NCBI GenBank assembly: GCA_001179505.1
Contig: CDMY01000677.1
Coordinates: 124,001-188,000, forward strand
Source: Vitrella brassicaformis CCMP3155
Taxonomy: Eukaryota; Protista; Chromerida
Reading direction: 5' to 3'
DNA: 64,000 nucleotides
Under the pieces are notes generated by a model. The model saw only the letters and a program-made list of their open reading frames with translations, searched no databases and had not been told where the DNA came from. Below are positions 24,108 through 35,500 of the stretch, one piece after another. The position numbers and the translations under genes are program-made. How positions within the stretch are numbered: the stretch's first letter is position 1; each line of letters begins with the position of its first letter.

Positions 24108-24938
24108 ACAGACAGCACTCTGACTGACGAATTGAATGACTTGTGAGGGTTTATGTGGCGTCATGTAATTGATGATGGTCTGTGTGGTGTTTCGTTTTTT
24201 GCTCTCAATGTGTGCCTCTCGCGTGCTCCGCGTGTGGAGCGAGCGAGACGGCGTGTACCCTTTTTCCCTTGCCAGGTACTGTATGCTCTTTGTGTGTGCA
24301 TGGGAGTGTGGAAGGCAGCATGCTCATCTACTACGAGCCGGCCGTGACGTGAAGCACATCAGCAACACGCATTGTTGATCACCATGCATGTGCGGACAAA
24401 CGCTTAAGTCGTCGCCTTCACGAACTCCGCCATCCATTCATCAAGGGCGGGTAGCACAGATTCTATCGATCCCACCATTCGCAGCGGAGGCACACAGCGG
24501 GTTTGAGTCCCGCCCTGTCTTGCTTTGCCCGTTTGTGCTCATGGTTTGTTAATGCTGTTGTGGTCGCCGGTCCGTACCCGCCCAAGAATCCGCGCATATC
24601 GCGATCACGACAGTCACTCAGCCACTCGTCAGGAGCAGAGGGTCATGAATCGCCTCTCTATGGTCAGTCACAAGCCATCGCCTGTCCTTCCTTCCCTGCC
24701 GTGTGCCTTTCGTCCTCTTTGTCCTCGGGCGAGGAGCGCGAGCCGCCTGTCCGTGATAGGCAGACAGACGGCTGTCGTTCCACCATCGAAGATGAAGAAA
24801 GCAACGGCAGGCACGTTTCCCACCGCACCCGGCATGCAACGTCAAAAAACCGTCAGAAACAGAGAGAGTGGATACAGCACTCAGTAGCGTCGTCTCAACA
24901 GCCGCCGTTCCGTGTGCCATCATCGTACGACACTGTCA

Positions 24939-25494
24939 TCATCTCCTCTTGCGCTGCTTCCTCCCCGCAGTGCTATCGGTAGCGTCCACGTTGAGCTCAT
25001 CATAGATCTTCGCCAGCTCCCCCGTCGGCACAGAGTTGAAGTAGATGATCCTGAGCGACCAAACACACGCACGCACCGGTGCACAGAGGACACACCCATA
25101 GACAAACGCGCGGCGCGCAGGCATATCTCTCTCACTGCACAGCTCACCCGATGATGATGGCGCCGGCAACGATGGCAGCAGTGATGGGCAGGATGAGCAG
25201 AGCCTGTCGAGAGAAGTTTTTGATCAAGAAGTCGGCAAGGCGGTTCAGCAGCCCGACAGAATCGGCTTGGGAGAGGATGAAAGATGACTCAGCTGGCATC
25301 AGTGACAGTGGATCTGAGGACAGCGATAGCTGGGACAGCTGGGTGGGCTCCAGTGCTGTCCTTGGAGGTGCATGGCTGCGAGGTCGGTGCCGGATCAGCT
25401 GTGGTGTGCGAACGAAAGCGGGAGGGGAGGCAGCGAAGGACGTAAGGACGCATGCAGCGATGGATAGCAGCCACAGCATTATTGGGAGGAACAT
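24939..25494 (-). CDS. Small putative plastid-targeted single-pass membrane protein
   Basis: Signal peptide MFLPIMLWLLSIAACVLTSFA, then ASPPAFVRTPQLIRHRPRSH (AF motif, Ser/Arg/Pro-rich transit-like), one TM segment ALLILPITAAIVAGAIIIGLRIIYF, one intron about 25054-25147. C-terminus uncertain. Confidence 0.65.
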
Positions 25495-25582
25495 GAGTCA
25501 GCGGTTAAGCTCGCAGAGGCCCCTCCCGAGCCCCCGTCTCATTCAAGTTCTCCCCCTCTTCCCCTCCCCCCTTCCCCCCGCA

Positions 25583-28500
25583 ATGGCGGAGAAGGAGCAG
25601 TTCAAGGAGCCGGCGAACTTTAAGCCTGGCGATCTTTATTTCTTTGACAAGTCCGTACGCGAATGGGTGCATGATGGCACCAGTTGCCTCATCCGTGTGT
25701 CCAAATGTGTGTGCAGGGAGACCAACCAGCGTCTGCTGCGTCTGCAGAACGCCGACAATGACCGCAGCAAGTCCAAGACGCCACCCAAGTTCACCCTGTC
25801 CAACAAGCTGATGAGCGACACCCTCTTCCAACCCATATTGCAGGTGCCCCTCGATTGGCCACAATATGCATATATCCACACCTTACTTACCTGTGCGTGT
25901 TGTGTGTCCAATCGACCCGCGTCTGCAGTATTTTCTCAGTTTCGGCGTCAAGAAGGTCGGCAGCCTGCCGCCTGTGCTGTCATCTTCGGAACAAGAGGAC
26001 CTTGCCGGCGTGTCGGATGACGACGGCAGCGGCAACAAGCAGCTGAAGGTCAAGGGAGCCGATTTGCGTCGGAGCGTGCAGTATCTGCAAAAGAAGATGG
26101 AGCAGAGCGAGGAGAAGAGATGGGAGTACTATGAAGCACTCACTGAGCGGCTCAAGGAGCTCAAGAAGCAGCAGAGAAGGGCCACGCTGGCCGATGAGAC
26201 GGCCAATGAGTACGCAGTCGTCAGCCAGCTGCTGACCGAGAGGCATGCTGAGCTGCAGGCGTGTGCCTTCGACTTTGGGATTGAGGTGGTGGGGCGGTGC
26301 GTCGTCATCATTGACGCCAGCAAGGATATGGAAGAGTTCCTGACAGACATCAGACAGCATCTGAGCCAGGTAGGTAACGAGCGATTCCGAACGTCTCTCT
26401 CCCTGCCTCCAGCCACCCAACGATCTGCTGGCTGGTTGCGGTGCAGTTTGTGGAGGAGGACTTGCAGCTGACGATGTTCAACCTCGTGTTGGTGGGAGAT
26501 GAGGTCGAGTGGTGGCGTGATGACCTGCCCGATGCTATGGACGAGACGCAGACGCAATCCGCCCTCAAGTGGATCAAGACGCGCCTCGCCAAGCCATCCA
26601 AGAAGCTGGCGGGCCATGTGGATCTCGTGGAGGCCATCCGACGCGCACTCACCTGGCGGCCAAGCATCCTCTACCTCGTCTCCCACTTCGCACCAGGCGA
26701 GTCTCATCCATCAACCTACTCATCGGCGTCATTCGTCACGTCATTTCTTTGTGTCTGTTTGCGCGTGCAGGCGCTGCTCGCGATCGGGAGGAGTCTTTGC
26801 GACTGATAAGGAACTACTGCGCGTTCGGGCAGCCGGATGGCCAGGACCCACCTGAAAAAGAAGAGCCCGTGGACGACTCGCCCATCGCCCCTGCACCCCC
26901 ACCACGCCCCTCGACTGCCAGATCTGCGCAGAGACAGGCCGACGAAGAGACGAAGAGCACCAGGTAATAGCGCGCACACAGGAGACAGAGCAGCTGTCTC
27001 TCTCTGTGTGTGCACTGGTACACTGACTGCAGGGGCCCGAAACAGCTGGGTGTTCCTGCATCGAAGCTGGACCAGTCGGATGCGGCTTCAGAGACGAGTG
27101 CACCGTCGGCCAAGGGAGACGACTGGGCGTGCGCCCTCAGATACCTGGCCTTCGAGGCAAAGCTGCGGCAGAGCGACGAAATCTTCTTCGCTGAGCTGGA
27201 GAGAGCTGCCATGCCTATCGCCTGGAGCGAAAGCAAGAAGGAAGAGTCCTTCAAGAAACACTTTCGGTAGGACCGGGGCTGATCGCATCTCTGTCTGTGT
27301 GGCAGTGAAAGGACGGACGCCTTTGGTGTCTGTCAGAATATCTCCCCGTGAGGACATGTGGCGGTCCGTGGGCGATTGTGTCAAGAAGGTCCAGAAGCTG
27401 AGAAGCAAGCTCAAGGCTCTGCAGAGCGCATATAAACTGAGAGACAAACTGCAAGAGGAAATACCGGTATGTGTGTACAATGCAGAGACATGGGAGACAG
27501 ACAGACATCCAAAGTGGGTGGCATTGTTGTCTGCAGGAGGTCCGTCAGCAGCTGCACACACAACTGGCTATCGAGAAACTCTTCAGATTCGATCAGCAGC
27601 AGGTACGTGAACCAACAGATCGTCACAACATCGGGACATGCTGTATTGCCTTTGTCTCCATGTCTGCTCCAGTGTTATCGTGCAATGGCCCGGCCAGTGA
27701 CTGCCCCACCTGCAGCAGCCGCCAAACGCGCTCCGCCACAGGCCGAGAAGAAGGCGGCACCGCCCAAAGGTATGGGCGCCCGTTTGTTATGTACAATGAA
27801 TGCCTTTTCATCTCATTTTGTGCAGCGAAACCGGCAGCACTCAAGAAGCAGAAGAGCCGCGAGTGCCGGGTGTCGGAGGAGGGGGCACCGGAGCCCGCGA
27901 AGCCAGTGGAGGAGGCGCCACCTGCCGAGGTGTCAGCCGCCCTGCCTGCCCCTGCTGCTGCTCCTGCTCCTGCTGCTGCTGCCATCGAGGCACAGGAGCA
28001 AGTGAGACCAGTAACTGCGGCAAAACCTGCAAAGGTATATGTTTGACCCACTGACATGTCCCAACACAAGTCTTTCTGTCTCTTCGTGGCTCGGAACAGA
28101 AGCCGCCAAGAGGCGAGCGGCCGGTGACTGCGCCGACGCCGACAGAGGAAGAGCAGCCGGCCCTGCCCGCGGTTGAGGAGCGGCCTATGTCTCCCACGGC
28201 CGTGAGCCACCGCCGGCCCAACCCGTCCACGATCAAGCCGATCAGTCCGTCGTCCACTCTGTCGCCATCGCACCGCCGCCCATCCAGTGGCACGCCCACC
28301 ACACGTGACGTAGAGGACGACCGACACGCCGCAATGCAGTACCCCTCGTCAGTGCCCTCGTCAGCCCCCCAGCCGTCCGAGCGGCCGGAGCGTGTGGCAA
28401 TGATCCCCATCCTGCCCGTGGACGCTGCGGGGTTGGTTGGCAGCAAAGGGTTCGCTGGATCGACCCGACAAGTAAGGGGAGGTGGATGGGGGGGAGGCAG

Positions 28501-28600
28501 GTCAAATAGACACAAGGAAGAGGAGGATCTGTGAATGAAGCCATCTGCCGGCGGACCTTGCCATGGCCAATATGGCAATCGGTCCGTCGGTGAGGCAAGA
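25583..28600 (+). CDS. VWA-domain protein (VWA3-like) with coiled coils and an Ala/Pro-rich C-terminus
   Basis: RCVVIIDASKDM (degenerate DxSxS), FNLVLVGDEVEWW, SALKWI, VEAIRRAL...ILYLVS; about 10 GT-AG exons. 3' end approximate. Confidence 0.7.
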
Positions 28601-29063
28601 ACATGGGACAGACACATGGGGGAGGAGACACGGCGGCCACTGAACAATGAGTGGTCTGTCGCTTTCTCGTCCGCCCTGCATGTCGTGTAGGATTGGTGCA
28701 TATGTTTGTGTGTGCACATGGCTTGTCATCTGTCTTACTGGTCCTCTCGCAGGAGACGAGTGGTCAAGAGAGATTAGCCCGAAGACACTGATCGATTGCA
28801 TTCTCTCAACCGGCCCCGAGTGCACTGTGTGTTTGGTTGTTCCATGAATGTCTGTACCATACAATGTCATGTGTGGACACTGACATGTTTGGGTGCAATG
28901 CATTGCTACCTACGGGGTCTGTTCGTGTCTTGTTTCATATCTCGTAAGTTAATCCGTTCCGACCGGGCCTTTCGCAAGTGTCTTGCGGACAGGCTAGCGC
29001 TTTCCATTCCAGATGCCTTGTGCTGGGGTGGAACATGGTGGAGACGAGTACTGGGCAAAGAGG

Positions 29064-29122
29064 ACGCGAGGCGGGATCGAACCCGCATTGTGTCGACGCG
29101 ATTGCAACTGTGCTACTCGCCC
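29064..29122 (-). ncRNA. 59-nt tRNA-like element, copy 1 (A box + B box, reduced anticodon arm)
   Basis: GGGCGAG-TA-GCA.CAGT.TGC-A-ATCGCG.TCGA.CACAAT-GCGGG.TTCGAT.CCCGC-CTCGCGT; A-box-like TAGCACAGTTG; B-box GGTTCGATCC. Confidence 0.55.
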
Positions 29123-29314
29123 ATGACGCCGGCGGGTGGTCCACTTGGTGACACGGAGCGACGGCATGTATTTTGCCTTGATTTCGGGTACTTTCGGGAC
29201 TGCCTGGTTTGCTGGGAAGCACGCGCTTCGGTGCCGCGGACAGGCTAGCGCTTTCCACTTCAGATGCCTTATGCTGAGGGAGAACACAGTGGAGAGGGGT
29301 AGCGGGTAAAGAGG

Positions 29315-29373
29315 AGGCGAGGCGGGATCGAACCCGCATTGTGTCGACGCGATTGCAACTGTGCTGCTCGCCC
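29315..29373 (-). ncRNA. 59-nt tRNA-like element, copy 2
   Basis: Same as copy 1 except C8 and a fully paired 7-bp acceptor stem GGGCGAG/CTCGCCT. Confidence 0.55.
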
Positions 29374-29517
29374 ATGACGCCACGGGTGGACCAGTTGGTG
29401 AGACGGAGCGACGGCATGTATTTTGCTTCACTCGTCCAGCGCTAAGCTTCGGCCCCACACACCGCGATCTTCAGTTTTTTCCCTCTCCCTCCCCACCCCG
29501 AACTGAGAGGTTTTGTC

Positions 29518-32500
29518 ATGAATAACTCCTCTCAGATACTTCAAATGCTGGCCTGCATATCCCTCATCCTGCTTATGCTCCCTGCGGCCCTTGCGGCGGC
29601 CGCTGGTGGAATGGCACTCTCATTTGACGGGGTGGACGGTACTTCACAAATGGGGTGCGGCCGCATTGGTGGCTGTGTGTTTTGTGCACTTTGCAGACTT
29701 CCTTTATCTCATCGAAAGTGGAGGAGGCGGCATCGACTTTCTGCAGACCGATTTCACACTGGTAAGCCTGCATATTGCATTGTCTCTGCAGACCATGGCC
29801 CCTTGTGTTCCTTGGCATTTGCAGGAGTTTTGGTACCAGCAGCGTGAGTCGCAGGAGCAGAACGACATCGAGAAACAGGTCATCGTGCAGCAACAGGCCC
29901 TCTCTGGGGAGCGTATCATCGTTATTAAGGCCAAGTGGTTCCAAATCGGCTTCGTGTCGACGCGCTTCGGCTTTGACGGCGACTACGACCCTCATCATCG
30001 GGCCGTGACATGCGCTCTCAATGCCACGCTCACTGGGCAAGACTGCAAAATCTATGTGGATGGAGCGGCTCCGCCGGAAGCCCTCTTCTCTGAGCACTTT
30101 GAGACGCCATCCATCCCGGCGGATGTGCAGTCGTACCTCACCTTCGGCACTCAAGTCGACGTTTCGACCAAGGACCGCACCCACTTTAACCTCTTCAGCG
30201 GTTTTATTGATGAAGTCCGCTACTGGAAAGGCGTCCGGTCACAGGCGGATATCCAGGCAACAATGTACATGACGGGATCCACCGTCGCTTCGTGGCTCGC
30301 CGCTAATGGCAATGTGCCCCCGCTCCATGCGCAGTGGTCTTTTGATGATCCTGACGAGGCAGGGCTGATCAGGGAAGGCGGCATAACGCTCAGCCGACCT
30401 CTTTATGAAGAAAGTCCCTTCTCATTGAATGGAGGGCATCACTTTGTTCTGGCTCGCGAGGACGTCTTGAAGGAGGAATCGCTGCCAGCGGGCCTCGGGA
30501 TCATCACTAACGGCGTTGTGTTCCGGTTGGAGACGAGCGACAACCGTCTGGGCATTCAGATGCAGCGACTTGGCGGGGTGAGGGAGTATGTACCTGTGGT
30601 GGGCGGCGAGATGGTTGCTCTGGCGTCTGTGTATTCCATGGACAAGTATTGGGTGCAGCCGAGCGGGACCGGTGAAGAGGAGGGGTTGGGCATGACCGTG
30701 ACGCCCTGTGGGGACGGAAGCTGCTCAGTCAGGGAGGCCAGTGTGCCGTGCGTCGTGCAAGTCAAGGGCGAGACACCGCCCATTGCCGGCGGCAGCTACG
30801 TCGCTCGCCTCTTCGGCAAGTAAGTGTCCGCAGCCAGCCCATGAACAACCATGCTGGCAGTGTACGTGTGTGTCCTCTTTCAGTGATGGTTATCTGACTG
30901 CCGCTCAGCTGCCCCCGGGCCGTGATGTGACGGTGGGTAGTGAGCGCTAACCTCATATGCGGCTGTCCTGTCTGTCTGTCTGTATGTGTGTTTGCGGCCG
31001 GCCAGGTCGAAATGTGGTTCCACTGGCACTCGCTGCCCCTTGGCTACACGTGCATTTTCTCACTGGATCGGTCGGTGGGATGGAACGGCCACAAGGTGTG
31101 TCTCGACGGCGGCAACGTCATATTCCAGTTTCGCAAGGACAGCGGCAAACACACACTCATTGTCAATGAGATGCGGTAAGAGCGTGCCAGACAGAGAGAC
31201 ACAGACGCCGACTCAGTATGTTCCTCTCCCTCCTCCTTGCTGTATGTCAGCACGACTGTGCCACAGCACATCGCATTCAGCTGGGCGCTGGTCAACAAGA
31301 CGGCGGACATATGCAATCCAGCGACACTCTGGGAGATCAGGTGCAGACAGCCTGCTCATGGTCGCATCAACACTTATTGTGTGTGTGTGAGCGGACAGGG
31401 TGTACCAAAACGGCGTCCGTCTGCCGGTGTCGCAGGTGGACAACCTCGTCACAGCACACAAGTCCCACAGGAATCAGCTGAAGCCTGAGTGTGACCTGGG
31501 AGAAACGCAGACCGCCCCAACGTTCGGCCAGGTACACCAACATCACGATCATTTCGTGGCGATTCTCGTCCATCTTTCTCCCATCCATAAAGGATTGGGA
31601 CAAGGGCGGCACAAGTGGTCTGAAGCCCTCAGATTTCATCAGCGGTGAGTACAGCGAGATCAGACTTTGGAGGGGCCAGCGGACGGACCAGGAGATCGCC
31701 GAGAATTGGAACAAGCGGCTCACAGGTGAGAGAGGGAGAGGCGGCAGGAACCAATCGGCGTGTATGGCTGTGTCTCTCTCTCTGTGTGAATGTGTGAGAA
31801 ATGAAGGCAGGGAAGGAAACCTTTATGTATACTACCCAATCACAGGTGTGCACTGTACCTACCGATGGGGTGGTAGATCCACAGGTCTATCCATCCATAT
31901 GTATACCGAGCCGACCGACACATCTGACCACGTGGCTCTTCCTCTCCTCCTTCTCAGAGGACGACATGCTGCGCATCCCCAGCGAGGTATATGCAGACTT
32001 ACATCAGTAGACAGACGGGCAAAGACACCGGCCATGTGTGTGCATTGGTTCATTCGTAGTCCAACGAGAGTCCCCTGATCAACTATGCTGCAGCCACAGG
32101 GGCAGAAATGGACGGCACACTCTGGTGCGTGTCCTCGGCATCAAGCTGCAAGCCATGGCTTCGCACGGGATTTGACGTCACCCTCGGACGAATGCCCGAA
32201 CTGGCGGTGGGCGCAGCCGGCCGTGAGACACCGGAGGCGACATCGGATTTCTTCCTGTCTCAGGGCTATCCATATTCCAATGACGTGCCCTCTGCCTTCA
32301 GAAAGGCCCTCACCTTCCAGTCTTCCGACCCTGACAACATCTCATTGCGGCCGTACACGCCGCAGCTCGACGCCATCACCGTCAACGTGACTCGGCTGCC
32401 CGACAGCAGCTGCGGGTCGGTGTGGAGTGAGGACAGGGCCGACGGCACAAGCGTGAAGGTGGAGACGGAAGGGCACACCCACGATGACGCCACGCACCGA

Positions 32501-35500
32501 TTGGTGTTTGAGGCAGAGACGCTCTCGCAGAGTATTGCCAACTGCTCCACAGGTTATCAATCAAAATGCACCACCGACGGGAGGAACTCACGCGTGTACC
32601 GCTGACTGACATCTTCCCTTTCCTGGATTTTGTGGTTGAAGGGATCGTGTACCATGCTATGGACCAGGTTGGCGGGGTCTCTGCCCACACCGCCGAGCTG
32701 GGCATCCACGTGATCCCCACAGGGCCCCAGCTGATTCATGTACGAGCCGTCGACCCCAAGCTGCCTCCGGAGGCAGGCATACAGCCAAATGACATCCTGA
32801 TTCTTGCCTTTGACAGACCCACAAACATGTAAGCTGAAGACTCATGGCTCTGATTGGATGCCTGCCTCTTTGTGGTCGGGTGTGTTGACAGGCCGCCGAT
32901 TGATGACTTGGCTACATTGAAGCGCTTCGTCACTCTCACAGATGGGTCGTGGGGCGATGAAATCAACCTCAGCATCAAGGTCCGCTGCACACGCATGGCA
33001 TGCATCCAAGCAGACGTGTGTACGTTCGATTCCCTCTGTCTCTCCTTCGCCGTCAGGGAGTGTGGTCTCGCCTGTCCCATGGCCGCACTCTCACTGTCCA
33101 GTTCCTCGCCGTCAACACATCACAGCCGCCCATCTTCAACACATCCACAGTCGTCCATGTCGTTGGCGGCAGCGAAGCACTCGACTCTCAGCTCTTTGGG
33201 AGGCCGAGGCCTGTGATTGGCGACGCAGCCATGGACACACAAGAGGACATTGACAAGGTGAAGCCGACATAACACTGGTCTAAACTTACATGTCTCCGAC
33301 CCTGTGGTTCTGTGTCTGCAGAATACTCTGCGTGGGACGAGTGAGGACGGCGGTCGCATGTACTGGGCCAACACGAGCCTGTCAATCAGCGACACCACCT
33401 TCAGTGTCAGGCCATGCCCCGCTGACCAAGTTTTCTCGAAGCTCACCGGACAGTGAGTGACAGACACATTGAGACCTATAGATAGACACACACATATATC
33501 ACGCAGAGAGGCGAAGCAGAGCAAGGGAGGGCTGTTCTTTTGTGCAGGTGTTCGTACTGCGGCGCGAATCAAGTTCAAAGTGACGACGGCCTCGAGTGCA
33601 CATGCCTGCCAGGACACCAGCCATACGATAGTGACACCGTCCCACCTCCCGAGATGATAGGCAACCTGTCGAGCAACGACCTGGTCTGCATCTCTTGTCC
33701 CCCTGGTACCGAGGGGAGGGACGGCTTGAGCTGTCTTCCCTGTGCAGAAGGCCTTTTCAGCTTGGGAAGTGGTCAGGTAGTGTGCTCGCCATGCCCCGTA
33801 AGCCACTCAGATGTGCCACATTCATAAACTTGTTGGTCACTGCTGCACAATGCAGGTTGGTCGTTACCGCAACTCATCGACGAGTGCGGCCGAAGAGTGT
33901 GTGTCGTGCCCGCCCGGCACTGCAGCGCCCAAGGTCGGTCTGGCTGAGTGCCAACCGTGTCCGCCCGGCAGATACAGACCCGCAGACGTCGCCGACGCCA
34001 GCCAGTGTCTCAGGTAAGTACATTCATTTGTGTCGCAGAGACAAGGCACAAGTAACAGTGACACTTCTTTCTCTGTGTTGTACCTATCCATCCATTTAGA
34101 TGCGGTGAAGGTTATTACCAGAACGAGACCGGTCAGGTGTCCTGTCATCGGTGCCCCGCCAACACAGGCAAAACCACCCTCTACCCTGGGGCCGAGACAA
34201 TCGATGAGTGTGTGGTACGTAAGTAAAATGTGCTCATTGGGTGTCATGGAGGGGGTGATGCTGATCCGGTTTGTGTCTTGTCTCTTTGTTTGTCTGTGTG
34301 TCAGTGCCCCGCCGGCTTCTACCTCAACCAGCGAAAAGACACCTGCACCGAGTGACACGAAGGTGAGAATACTACGCTATGCTATCTACACTCATGCCAT
34401 GCGTGTGTCGATCGATGCGTCGTCTCCACGAAGGTTTTCACTGTGAGGGCCGGAGTGTCCTCCCACGAGTAAAGGAGAGCTACGGGGTGGACAAAGTGGC
34501 CGACCCGACGACCGTCGACAAACTGGATGTCTACCGGTGCAGCATGGAGAACGCATGCCCCCCCAGATATGTCAATGAGACCATGTGCAAGGAGGGCGCC
34601 ACTGGCAGGGTGTGCGAGAGATGCGAGGAAGGATACTTTAAAAAAGGACCGGGTCAGCGACAAAAAAAGCACCATACGCAGGCTTGTGTCTCATGTGGTG
34701 TGTGTGTATCAGGCCGTTGTGGCAAGTGCAAGACAACCGATTTCTCGGCCTTCTGGCTGTTCCTCTTCCTGGGCGTGGTGGTGGCCATCATCCTCTATGC
34801 GACAATGAACCGGCCACTCACCAACGAGCTGGCGTCGTCGGTGGCCATTAGTATGGCTCTCGGCCTCATGGTACGCAGAAGGAATGCGAGCAAAGCCCCC
34901 ACCTGGTCGACTGTGTGTGTGCGTATGCGTGTGTCCCTCTGGGTGGTCTTGTCACGCCTTCTGCGGTTTTGCAGCTGAATTTCTTCCAAACGATCGGTTG
35001 GGGATGGGTGGACGGACGGAGGGACGGAGGGACGGAGGGACGGATGGAAGGCGCACATTAATTACATTGTGTTGGTTGGCGGGGTTGCTGTGTTGTTCAG
35101 GCATCTACAACAACTTGCAAATTGTGTGGAACGAGCCATTTTTAAGTATACTCCAGTTCGGACGGGTCAGTCAGTCCGCACCCTCATATCCTCATATGCT
35201 CACTCTTTCCCATGTCTCCCTCCCTGGATGAATCTGTCCCTCGCTTCACGTGGACGCGCAGATATTCATCTTCGAAGTGAGCAAGCCACATATTGACTTA
35301 CACGAGCCCCAATGCTCATGCCCCTCTCTCAATGAATTCCTCGCCACAGATGAGCTTCCTACGCCCCGACTGCAGCATGAGCATAGGCCCCGTCGGCCGA
35401 TACGCCCTGCGCATGGCTTTCCCCCTCATCGTCCTCGGCATCTATCTAGCCCTCTACTTTATCTCCATACTCATTGCCGTGGCGCGCGACCGATTCATTG

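Larger units (their letters stand above)
28985..29427. repeat. Tandem direct duplication of two about 192-bp units (28985-29176 and 29236-29427; period 251 bp)
   Basis: Directly alignable copies, for example gcggacaggctagcgctttcca and acggagcgacggcatgtattttgc in both. Confidence 0.95.

Noticed and set aside
29064-29373. Canonical tRNA genes
   Set aside because: Only 59 nt, no 7-nt anticodon loop, 6-nt T loop; cannot decode. Kept as tRNA-like elements.
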